From Candidatus Jordarchaeia archaeon (GTDB lineage: Archaea > Asgardarchaeota > Jordiarchaeia > Jordiarchaeales > Jordiarchaeaceae), in contig JAHQXB010000002.1 in NCBI GenBank assembly GCA_029856435.1, forward strand, positions 1 to 19,021: a stretch of DNA of 19,021 bases, read 5' to 3'. The notes under the pieces are model-generated. The model searched no databases. It had not been told where the DNA came from and saw nothing but the letters and a program-made list of their open reading frames with translations. Position numbers and translations under genes: made by a program. The first letter of the stretch is position 1. Each line of letters begins with the position of its first letter. Of this stretch, positions 1 through 8,220 are shown one piece after another.

Positions 1-1465
1 AAAAAAAGGCCCAAAAACAAGAGATTTTGCGAATCTATCGCCGGCGCGGGAGTGAAATCCGCAGGTAATTTATGCCAAAAAGCTCTGTCTACGCTAACAA
101 GATAGTAGATAATTTTGAAGCTTTCATCAAAGCATGGTGGATTAGTTGTTCGTGGCGGAGAAGTAGGGTTTTGGATATATGTGCACTCCATCCAGCCCCA
201 GTTTGGGCCTCTAGCAAGATTGTACGATGCTATTTCTTGGTACCTATCAATCGTATGTTCCTGCCGCCCCCTCCTCTAATATTAAGGCAGCAATAGCTAT
301 AGCTATAACGCCGAGAGTAGCTTCTATCGAAGCTGCTATTACTTCAAGCACAACCACTATTCTATAGAGTTTCTCATTAATTTTTTCCTAAACCTATCCT
401 TAACCAAGGTTATTTAAGGCTTCTTTCCCCAAAAAAAGGCGGAAAAAACCATGTTCCCTGAAAAAGAAAAGGAAAAAATTAATTGGAAAGTCTATAGTAC
501 TTTCAGCAGAGCACTTATTAATGAATATATACCACCGACTAAACTACCTATTAAACTAGCCCATTAGATATATGCCCAAACACCTTCGATAGGATGATTC
601 AGGTAAACATAGCTTATCCAAGCAGAGGCTTCTAACCCTGAGATCCAATATGCATACGTGTAACAATCGTATCCGTAGAGTATTACCGTAAAGGACCATC
701 CTACGAATACAAAAGGCCAAAACACCCAAACGTAGCATGGCCAAGAGCAAGGGTGCCTGATCGATGCGGAAGTAGGGATCCAGAATCACTGTTCCATCAT
801 TTCTAGTTACAGTTATTATGGTTATGTTTTGGGTGGTTCCGTTTAATTGTTAGTGAGTATTCCATGGTTAAAATGTAATAGTTTGTTCCGTTTATGTTTC
901 TGGTTACATTCACTTATTATTTCGCCCCCCTATGATGAGGTTTACGTCTTGGAGTGGCTGTTTAATTTCAGATACTCTTTCAGATATCCCAAGCTGGTTC
1001 TCTTGGGAGAGCATCTGGTCGCAATGTGTGAAGCGTGCTACGCAGTTCGGGTTTTCTGATAGGTACTGTAGGAACAGTTTTCTCACTGATTCTTTGTCTG
1101 GTGGTGAGGTGAAGGGTTTGAGCTCTCCGCTACAAATTTTCTGTATCTGCCACCCCATGAAGGCATTGTTCATGGTGTCTTCAATGCTGTGCTTGTAAAG
1201 TTCGATTTGTTCCAGTGTTAATTTATCTATGTTCAAGTCAATAGGAAAATTTAGACTCGAGGAGTAGATCTGGTGCAGAGGCTTTCATCTGCCATTCAAG
1301 AGCCGCATAAACTAACCCGGCAGGGTAGTAATTGTTGTTCGCAAATACACCTAGCCCCAAAGTTATATAACTTGTTTCTAGGCCTAGGGTGAGCACTATG
1401 AGGATGCTGGCTGCAAATATTTTTAACTTTCCCTTCATTCTCATCCTACCGAATTCTTTAACCAT
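1..1465 (-). pseudogene. Fragmented gene for a secreted/membrane-anchored protein (multiple frameshifts, at least one nonsense codon, interrupted by an IR cassette; runs off the window)
   Basis: ATG at 1465 lies ~20 nt downstream of a TATA-like element (1481-1490), followed by a signal/TM segment (MRMKGKLKIFAASILIVLTLG). Adjacent frames join into protein-like text: ...APDLL/SSLNFPIDLNIDKL... (shift ~1261); ...NLIIGG/EII/VNVTRNINGTNYYILTMEYSLTI/NGTTQNITIITVTRNDGTVILDPYFRID/RHPCSWPCYVWVFWPF...GVWAYI*WASLIGSLVGGIYSLISALLKVL* (to 492). After the cassette it continues RIVVVLEVIAASIEATLGVIAIAIAALILEEGAAGT/IDRYQEIASYNL..., open to base 1. ORF-track entries 1238..1465, 910..1236 and 556..789 are pieces of it. 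Confidence 0.5.
362..497. repeat. 136-bp cassette bounded by 28-bp imperfect inverted repeats (MITE-like or invertible segment)
   Basis: Left arm 362-389 read on the minus strand is AGGAAAAAATTAATGAGAAACTCTATAG. Right arm 470-497 on the plus strand is AGGAAAAAATTAATTGGAAAGTCTATAG. They match at 25/28 with a perfect 14-bp core, and both outer ends are the palindrome CTATAG. Confidence 0.8.
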
Positions 1466-1816
1466 ATTTTAACAAAAAACTAATATATATCTGTAATTAG
1501 CATATAATATAACAATATTATTGAAGTTTTAGCTTTAAATTACAATAGTTTCATCCTGCAGCGTCTACAAAAAGCTGAGATGCTCTTGGTGAAGAAACAG
1601 TAACTCTAAATTTCGGTAAAAGAGACGGAGATGGTTAGTGTAATTTTTCATCTTCCCAAGTGCTATATGGTTGCTCCTAGCTCTGAGTTGCAGTAAATCT
1701 TCCTAAAATGCATATTCTTTCGATGAAGTTTTACTTAAAACGGGGAGTCTGGATAAAAACTTGTAAACGAAGTGGTTGGCAACGTCATTGTGTTCGGGTG
1801 TCTTTAAGTTTGGAGG

Positions 1817-2206
1817 TTATGTGAGCGAACTAATTTTCTTTATGATTTTTTTGGTGAGGCGTCTCGAATTTTCCAATAGTGTTTCTATCTCTTTTTTTGT
1901 AGCGTTTTCCACGTGGATGCCTGCTGTTACGGTTACTATTCTGTTGGTTTCTCTGGCTAAATTGTCAGCGGTTTCGCGGGCCACAATGTCATCCTTGTGG
2001 CCATATAAGGTGATAACGGAGGAGGTTGATGATGTAACTCCCGGCTTGTTTCTGCTTGGGCGGGGCTCCGATACTGCTAGGGCCCCTATGTGTGGTTTCT
2101 CTCCTCCACATATTCCAACTACTAAGTCTTTACCCATAAGAAAGAAGTACGCCCAAACACGACATTTACCCTCGCCTTCCTCTTCATAAAAAACTTTAGA
2201 CTCCAA
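1817..2206 (-). CDS. LpdD-like (prenylated-flavin chaperone-like) protein, 129 aa
   Basis: Motifs GGEKPHIGALA, GHKDDIVA...A..LA and VTVTAGIHVENATKKEI are typical of the LpdD-like family. TTG start with GGAGG 9-13 nt upstream, just after the ferredoxin stop. Confidence 0.7.
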   Translation of the reverse strand: MESKVFYEEEGEGKCRVWAYFFLMGKDLVVGICGGEKPHIGALAVSEPRPSRNKPGVTSSTSSVITLYGHKDDIVARETADNLARETNRIVTVTAGIHVENATKKEIETLLENSRRLTKKIIKKISSLT

Positions 2207-2221
2207 TGATGATCCTCCCGA

Positions 2222-2476
2222 TCAGCTTTCTTCCTCTACAAAAATTGCGAAGTCTGGGCAGTACAATTCGCAGAGTTTGCAGGCTTTACAATTTTTTATG
2301 TTGGCGGGTACCGGGGGGTAGTAGCCTTGCTCATTTGGCTCCTTTGATTTTTCCAGTACGCCTTGCGGGCAGAAGTGTATGCATAGTTCGCAGCCTTTAC
2401 AGAGTCTTTGATCAATATTAATTGCTTTTACCCTTTTTTTCGGCTCCTGATTTTCATTCTTCTCCATGTGCCTCAT
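2222..2476 (-). CDS. 2x[4Fe-4S] ferredoxin, 2-oxoacid:ferredoxin oxidoreductase delta-subunit (KorD/VorD)-like
   Basis: Two dicluster motifs, CKGCELCIHFCP and CKACKLCELYCPDFAI, separated by the N..GYYPP linker typical of delta subunits. The start may be ATG 2467. Confidence 0.9.
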   Translation of the reverse strand: MRHMEKNENQEPKKRVKAINIDQRLCKGCELCIHFCPQGVLEKSKEPNEQGYYPPVPANIKNCKACKLCELYCPDFAIFVEEES

Positions 2477-2548
2477 CTCGTTTATGCAAATTATTGAGGG
2501 GCAAATAGTTATTGGAAGTGTTTGTGACGAACTATGTTTCCGGTTTAT

Positions 2549-2806
2549 TTAACCCTGAAGTTCTACTTTTATTTCGGGAAATAGTTCTTTGATAATTTGT
2601 AGGATTTCTAGGAATAGTTTTTGGGATTCTTGCTTGTTTGTGCTGACCAGTAGTGCTTGGTTCCAGCTGGGAAATAGCGAGAGGACGCCTATGAATTTAT
2701 TGTTTTTTATTAGGAAGTATTCGCAGCAGTGGCGTCTCACTTGGAACCCTTTTTCAACCAGAATATTTCTTAGGGTTTGGAGTTTTTTTGCTTTATCTGC
2801 ATACAA
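2549..2806 (-). CDS. Small hypothetical protein (85 aa) with an HCC motif
   Basis: TTG start preceded by GGGGAG. Protein-like composition (RRHCCEYFLIK, amphipathic C-terminal helix). Co-oriented with the ferredoxin and LpdD-like genes. Confidence 0.6.
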   Translation of the reverse strand: MYADKAKKLQTLRNILVEKGFQVRRHCCEYFLIKNNKFIGVLSLFPSWNQALLVSTNKQESQKLFLEILQIIKELFPEIKVELQG

Positions 2807-2934
2807 TGTGGGCTCCCCATTTTTTTCGGTTATTCTTCTAATATGTTTCCAATCTTAAAGGTGGTTAGTAGCGTATTAACCTTTTGAAAGAATGGGGGGC
2901 TATAGCATCAATAATTTAAAAAGATTGGAGGATA

Positions 2935-2947
2935 CAATTTATAAAGA
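2935..2947 (+). promoter_or_regulatory. TATA box of trmB (in the divergent intergenic region 2807-2985)
   Basis: CAATTTATAAAG lies about 40-50 nt upstream of ATG 2986. Confidence 0.45.
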
Positions 2948-2985
2948 GTCCGAAAGATCGCATTAAGCTTGTGGGCTGGCTTCAT

Positions 2986-3756
2986 ATGATTAGTAATAAA
3001 ACCAAAAAGGCGTTGGAGGATATTGGACTCACCAAGTATGAGATTGAGGCGTATTTGGCTCTTCTTGGTGCTGGGTCTCTTACTGCTATTGAGCTGAGCA
3101 AAAGAAGCGGTGTTCCCTACTCTAGGATTTATGAGGTGGCTGAGAGGCTTGAGAAGAAGGGATGGGTGAAGTCCGATAGAGGCAGGCCTAACAAGTATAG
3201 GCCCAGACCGCCCACAGAGGCTATGAGAAACCTTAAACTTCAGATACAGAGGGAAATAGAAGAAAACGAGGAGCAGATCATTAACGAGTTGCAGCCGCTT
3301 TACGAGAAGAGCGGGGAGTCTGAAAGGCCAGACATTTGGATAATCCATGGGGAAGAGAACATTTTGGAAAAAATGGAGGAAATGGTTGAAAAAACGAAGA
3401 AAAATATACTCGTAGCTTTTCCCAAAATAAAAGAGGAAAAAGTAGAGGTTCTGCAGCGTATTTTGGGAAAACTGAGGTTGAAGGATGTAGAAACAAAATT
3501 TATGGCATCCGAAATTGAAGCAAATATCTTGGAGAAATTTTCCAAATTCTCTGGAGAAATAAGGACACGCGACGTGCTATACGGCGGTGGAATAATAGTA
3601 GATAACCGTGAAGCAATCATAATATTTCCAGAAATTACTCCTGGTGGAGGTATTGTTTTCTCCATGGCCATATGGTCGGACCACTTGGGACTCGCTGCCT
3701 TGGCTGCAGATTATTTTGAATATCTTTGGAGAACCTCTAATATAGCTAGGAAATAG
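2986..3756 (+). CDS. trmB: TrmB-family transcriptional regulator
   Basis: N-terminal wHTH LEDIGLTKYEIEAYLALL...A.ELSKRSGVPYSRIYEVAERLEKKGWV...GRPNKY, then an effector domain (I.GEENI...GGGIIVDNREAII, WSDH). ATG 2986 is preferred over GTG 2971. Confidence 0.92.
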   Translation: MISNKTKKALEDIGLTKYEIEAYLALLGAGSLTAIELSKRSGVPYSRIYEVAERLEKKGWVKSDRGRPNKYRPRPPTEAMRNLKLQIQREIEENEEQIINELQPLYEKSGESERPDIWIIHGEENILEKMEEMVEKTKKNILVAFPKIKEEKVEVLQRILGKLRLKDVETKFMASEIEANILEKFSKFSGEIRTRDVLYGGGIIVDNREAIIIFPEITPGGGIVFSMAIWSDHLGLAALAADYFEYLWRTSNIARK

Positions 3757-3775
3757 GTTTATGGAGGCTTAAAAA

Positions 3776-4582
3776 TTGTTTAAAAAACCGATAATTGGTC
3801 GCTTTCTATCCTACCATAGACACACCAACCCTAGTCCCCTAGTAGTAGCCTTTAGGGAATTTATATACAAAACAATTGGGCACCCCTACCTCCTTGATGC
3901 GGTGAGGGCTGAAAAGGTTTACAAGGCTCTGGCCCCTAAACCGAAAATGATGGTTTTAGACCTAGGATGCGGTTGGGGTGTCTGGAGCGTGGCCCTAATG
4001 GAAGAGGGTTTAAAGATGGTGGCGGTAGACTTACCCAACGAGGACTTCTTTGAAGCCCACAAATCCGCCCAAATAAACAATTTACCCATAGACTTCTTAA
4101 TTGCAGATGGGCAAGCCCTCCCCTTCAGAAATAACACTTTTGACGGAGTTATAATGCTGGATGTCTTAGAACACATTCCAGACGACAGGAAGGCTATCCA
4201 AGACTCAAAAAGGGTGATTAAGAATGGAGGGTTCATCGTTGGAACCGTGCCCACCATAGAGAGGAAAAAAATAATTATCAAGGAAAAAACTGTGAGGAGA
4301 GGGCTAACAAGAGAAGACATAGACCTTGGACACCACAGAAGATACACCCTAAAAAAACTGTTGAAACTAATAAGAAGCCTAAACATGGAGGCCGCCGCCT
4401 ACGGTTACTATAATCAACAGTTCAGCGAGGTGGCAGAGGAAGTAAGAGAATTCTTCAGACGCCACAAAATCCCAGACTATATACTATTTCCCTTCCTCTA
4501 CCCCATTGCCAAAATAGACCAATACATCGTAAAGGAAAATGTGAAGGGAAGCGGAGCATACTTTAAAGCCGTCAAAATCTAA
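3776..4582 (+). CDS. Class I SAM-dependent methyltransferase (Methyltransf_11 type)
   Basis: Motif I VLDLGCGWG, DGQALPFRNNTFDGVIMLDVLEHIPDD, and the D..GHHRRY motif seen in glycan-modifying methyltransferases. GGAGG precedes the TTG start, 19 nt after the trmB stop. Confidence 0.9.
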   Translation: MFKKPIIGRFLSYHRHTNPSPLVVAFREFIYKTIGHPYLLDAVRAEKVYKALAPKPKMMVLDLGCGWGVWSVALMEEGLKMVAVDLPNEDFFEAHKSAQINNLPIDFLIADGQALPFRNNTFDGVIMLDVLEHIPDDRKAIQDSKRVIKNGGFIVGTVPTIERKKIIIKEKTVRRGLTREDIDLGHHRRYTLKKLLKLIRSLNMEAAAYGYYNQQFSEVAEEVREFFRRHKIPDYILFPFLYPIAKIDQYIVKENVKGSGAYFKAVKI

Positions 4583-4692
4583 AAACACAGGGGCACTCAT
4601 ATAGATTGGAGTTGGGGAAGGTAGAGTGTCTGAAAAGTTTGTGTTACCCGCCCAAGTTTTGATTATTTTTCTCTCTTTTGAGTTAGGTTACT

Positions 4693-5463
4693 TCATTGTG
4701 CCTTTTTTGAAATGAGTTGCTTCATGGTTGTGATGGAGTTTTTGTGGTTATCTATTATTAGTTTGAGGTAGGCTTCTGTTTTCTTAGCGTTTTCAACCTC
4801 GCTTGGTGTGTCTAAATTGGTTTTAACGGATTTTATTGCTACCTCTATGTTTTTGATGGATTCTTCCAATTCATAGATTGCATCCTCAAATTTTCCCTCC
4901 AGAATCTTAACCAGCGAGTTAAAGAAGTGTATTTTAGAATTCAGAAGATTCATTGCCCCCTCTAACATTGAACTCAAGTCTTTATCCCTAGCTCCCAAAA
5001 TTTTTTTAGAGGCGGACTCCAGCTCGGGCAAACACGGTTTGATATGCTCTAAAACTTCCAGTAAAACCTCCTTTATTTTCTGCGTGTCAGGGTCTGAACC
5101 AATTTCCAAAACTTTATTTCCCATTCGAACCTTGTTGAGGGGGTGTTCATCTTCAAAACTGAAAAGGTAATCGTTAATTCCCATTTTGAAAAGCCGATTT
5201 GAAACCTCCAAAAGACACCTTTGAGACCTGAAAAAAACACGAATTGCCTCCATCAGGGGAGAATAATAACTATCCGCGCTCCGCGCCTTATTCTCATAGT
5301 GTTCCTCCAGCTCCTTGGAGAGAGAAACTATTTGGCTGGTTACCTCCGCCCCTTTAACATAATCAAAAACATTCCTGTGATAAAGCTCACGGTAATCATT
5401 GAGGAGCGCATCATATTTTTTAAGCTTACCATAGCTCAAATCAGTCACCATGCAACAGGTCAC
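4693..5463 (-). CDS. Hypothetical all-alpha-helical protein (~252-256 aa), possibly TPR-like
   Basis: Long open frame with heptad-like amphipathic helices (ILEGKFEDAIYELEESIKNIEVAIK). The start may be ATG 5451. It lies 90 nt downstream of asnS on the same strand. Confidence 0.7.
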   Translation of the reverse strand: MTCCMVTDLSYGKLKKYDALLNDYRELYHRNVFDYVKGAEVTSQIVSLSKELEEHYENKARSADSYYSPLMEAIRVFFRSQRCLLEVSNRLFKMGINDYLFSFEDEHPLNKVRMGNKVLEIGSDPDTQKIKEVLLEVLEHIKPCLPELESASKKILGARDKDLSSMLEGAMNLLNSKIHFFNSLVKILEGKFEDAIYELEESIKNIEVAIKSVKTNLDTPSEVENAKKTEAYLKLIIDNHKNSITTMKQLISKKAQ

Positions 5464-5553
5464 TAAACTATTTTGGAAAATTTTTGATTGAAGAGTTAAG
5501 ACCTATCTGCACCCTAAAGAAGGGGTGCAAGACAAACAACTACTGCTTTATGA

Positions 5554-6849
5554 TTAGGGTAGTAGCCTGTTTACGAATCTTGGGAAGAGTGTGGCGTCGC
5601 GAATGTGTTCTAGGCGTAGAATCCATTCCACGGTTCTTTCAATGCCTAATCCATAGCCACCGTGTGGAACCGAGCCGTATTTTCTAAAGTCTGTGTACCA
5701 GCGATAATCGTCGAGGTTAGCTTTTATTTCCTTCAGTCGTAAAATAATTTTGTCATAGTCGTCTTCTCTCATTCCTCCTCCTATTATTTCGCCCACCGTG
5801 GGAACAAGTAAATCCATGGCTAAAGCCACGCTTCCATCAGTCTCCTTCCTCTTAAAGTAAAAAGCCTTCTGTTCAGCTGGGAACTCTATTAGAAAAACGG
5901 GCTCTCCAAAGTGATCCACAAGCATTCTCTCCTTGGACTCCTCAATATCCATTCCCGGCTCGATAACCACACCCATAGATTTAAAGAAATCTAAAGCCTC
6001 AGCGTAGGTCAATCTTTTAAATGGTTGTCTGGGCACCTCAAGATCCTCCACGCCAAACAATTCCAGAATCTTGTAATCCTCCTCCAAAGTCCTCTTAACA
6101 ATGTGGATAATGTTCTCCTCAGCAAACCTAATTAAATCCTCAAAATCAATAAATGCTAGCTCCGGCTCAAAATGATAATACTCCAAAAGATGTCTCCTAG
6201 TTCTGTGCTGTTCCGCCCGAAAAGATTTCTGAATACAGTAAACATTACCCAAAGCGGGAAGCACCGCCTCCAGATAAAGCTGAGAAGACTGCGTAAGATA
6301 AGCAGTCTCGTCAAAATATTTAACTGGGAAAAGGGTGGCCCCACCCTCACAAGCAGCCTTAGTAATTATTGGGGGAACAACCTCAGTTAAACCCTTCTCC
6401 ACACAGAACTCCCTAATATACCGCAATAATTTATCTGTGTAGCGCAGCACCGCCGAAGCCTTTTCCCCCCTAATGACTAGATGCCTCTTGTCCAGCAAAA
6501 CGTCAACTGAGGAATCCGGCTGGAGCTCCTCCTCAATTGTGGGTTGGGAGGGAGAAATCACCTTAGCACATTCCGCCCTAATCTCATAACCGTAAGGAGA
6601 CCTCTTATCCTCAGTAACATTTCCGGTAATAATCACTGCGGCCTCTCTATAACTCTTGGAAACCTCCTCGTAACCCTTAACATTATCTCTTAACACCACT
6701 TGGATGAAGCCAGTTCCATCTCTAACCACTAAAAAAAGCATATGTTTACCATGCTCCCTTCTTAGGTGTATCCAACCCCGGATCTGGACAGATTCACCCA
6801 CATATTTCTCAATCTGGGAGATGCGCACAACTTTTTCCATAAAAATCAT
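5554..6849 (-). CDS. asnS: Asparagine--tRNA ligase (class IIb)
   Basis: OB-fold N-terminus (VQIRGWIH..R..G...FLVVRDGTGFIQVV), EGGATLF, YLTQSSQLYLE, motif 2 SFRAEQHRTRRHL.EY.H.E.E, GEIIGGGMRE, and motif 3 YGSVPHGGYGLGIER. Confidence 0.93.
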   Translation of the reverse strand: MIFMEKVVRISQIEKYVGESVQIRGWIHLRREHGKHMLFLVVRDGTGFIQVVLRDNVKGYEEVSKSYREAAVIITGNVTEDKRSPYGYEIRAECAKVISPSQPTIEEELQPDSSVDVLLDKRHLVIRGEKASAVLRYTDKLLRYIREFCVEKGLTEVVPPIITKAACEGGATLFPVKYFDETAYLTQSSQLYLEAVLPALGNVYCIQKSFRAEQHRTRRHLLEYYHFEPELAFIDFEDLIRFAEENIIHIVKRTLEEDYKILELFGVEDLEVPRQPFKRLTYAEALDFFKSMGVVIEPGMDIEESKERMLVDHFGEPVFLIEFPAEQKAFYFKRKETDGSVALAMDLLVPTVGEIIGGGMREDDYDKIILRLKEIKANLDDYRWYTDFRKYGSVPHGGYGLGIERTVEWILRLEHIRDATLFPRFVNRLLP

Positions 6850-7118
6850 TTCCCTGATTTTCTAAGAGAACAAGTCTTACTAAAAGGGGATTAAATGTTT
6901 CTATTAAAACTTTGCCCAAGCTAATAATATTAATTCTCCTTTTAAAGGGAGAGAGGCGCAGCGAGAACAAAATTTGGAGACCAGAGGACTAGCCTTACCC
7001 AGCTAGAACTCTCTCATTCCCGATAAGAATAAACATTAGTTAGGCTGGCAATTTTGCCACCGTTTGGACATTTTAATCCTCTTGTAGAAAGCCCCGTTTA
7101 AGTTTTGGGAGAAACATC

Positions 7119-7862
7119 CTAGTAAAGTTCTTTCATCCATTTAGTAATTTGGGCAAGGTCAGGCGAAGACAAAGCGAGGCTCTTACCGCCAGCAATAACT
7201 GCAGCCTCTTTGAATAGGTTATGGTGCGCATTCTTACCTATACTGAGGCAGTTAAGATGGATGTCTCTTCTCCCCCCCAGAAGAGACTTCACAGTCTTCA
7301 GAAACCTTTCCGGAGTATCCCCAGATTTCTCATAGGGCGCCGCATCTGAAATCAGAACAAAAATCACCGGTACAATACGGTTTTCCTCAATCATCATTTC
7401 CGCAAGCTCAACACCCCTCTGAACAGCCCCACTAAGATTGGTGCCACCCTTACAATTCAACCCACGATCCAGAATAGCAATAATCGCCTCTGGAGCATCC
7501 TCCCTAGTAGTCTTAAAAATAGCTAATTCTCGATTCTCACGATCCGGCCAAACATCATCATTAAAAAAGAAAACCGAAAAAAGACTACCAATTTTTCTCC
7601 TAAGCATATCATCAAAAGTCAAAATAGCGGCAGTCACCGCTCCAGCACACCTCTTAACCAACCTATCCCGAGTATTCAACATCTCCTTCAGCCGCCTAAC
7701 ACCCTCCGAAGAAAGAGGAACATAATACTTCTCCAAAATATTCGAGACACTATCTTCTCCAGGCGCCCAGATACTTGATGAAACCCGTACATCACCATAT
7801 CTAATCATACTAAAACTGTTATCTATACCTATAACAATGTTCTTTCCCTTAATTCGTTCCAT
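7119..7862 (-). CDS. Stand-alone von Willebrand factor A (vWA) domain protein
   Basis: MIDAS DxSxS in IVIGIDNSFSM, GGTNLSGAVQRG (MIDAS Thr), FVLISDAAP (MIDAS Asp), and CLSIG. No signal peptide. Confidence 0.85.
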   Translation of the reverse strand: MERIKGKNIVIGIDNSFSMIRYGDVRVSSSIWAPGEDSVSNILEKYYVPLSSEGVRRLKEMLNTRDRLVKRCAGAVTAAILTFDDMLRRKIGSLFSVFFFNDDVWPDRENRELAIFKTTREDAPEAIIAILDRGLNCKGGTNLSGAVQRGVELAEMMIEENRIVPVIFVLISDAAPYEKSGDTPERFLKTVKSLLGGRRDIHLNCLSIGKNAHHNLFKEAAVIAGGKSLALSSPDLAQITKWMKELY

Positions 7863-8165
7863 CTGAAACCCTCATTCAAAACCTTCTAGCATTAAAAACA
7901 TCAGTACACCGATAATTAATAGTAACTAAACAGACTAAAAACAGTTCCCTCCCATAAACCCCAAAACAAATACAGAAACTACAAAAATGTGGCAAAAAGC
8001 CCCACATCTTCTAAAAACGGTGGTATAAACCATGTAGAGTCCAAATATCAGAAAAAGGAAAGCAGAAAAATAGATCTCGACCGACGTTGAAAAAGGTAAA
8101 GCCAAAGGTTGGTAAAAAAGAAGTCCACTGTGCGTAAAGCCAATCCCTTTAACCATTGATACATC

Positions 8166-8205
8166 AAGAGCAAGACAACAAAAAAGAAAAAAGAAGATAA
8201 AAAAT
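8166..8205 (-). terminator. Oligo-T terminator after the membrane-protein gene
   Basis: The minus strand reads TTTTTTATCTTCTTTTTTCTTTTTTGTTG 15-55 nt after the stop at 8221. Confidence 0.6.
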
Positions 8206-8220
8206 GTGGGTGTTGTGAGT

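Noticed and set aside
40-65. GC-rich mini-hairpin GCGG-GAGTGAAAT-CCGC resembling a tRNA/rRNA fragment
   Set aside because: There is no cloverleaf or extended rRNA similarity on either strand, and it lies inside an open minus-strand frame.
72-296. Plus-strand 74-aa ORF
   Set aside because: It is antisense to the reconstructed minus-strand gene, has no SD, and has an implausible composition.
293-306. Perfect palindrome ATAGCTATAGCTAT
   Set aside because: It is explained by the tandem Ile-Ala codons (ATA GCT) of the minus-strand hydrophobic segment.
1500-1810. Possible small genes or ncRNA in the 350-bp gap
   Set aside because: All frames close within about 30 codons, and no recognisable RNA structure or motif was found.
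6851-6865. 9-nt match (GAAAATCAG) between the second TnpB's predicted guide and the asnS leader
   Set aside because: A 9-mer match is expected by chance in 19 kb, positions 10-14 mismatch, and the TAM is unknown.
7935-8156. 73-aa hydrophobic minus-strand ORF (MVKGIGF...)
   Set aside because: It has no clear SD, starts right after the transporter terminator, and Phe/Leu/Val richness is expected from the local T/G-rich strand. It cannot be excluded but is not supported.
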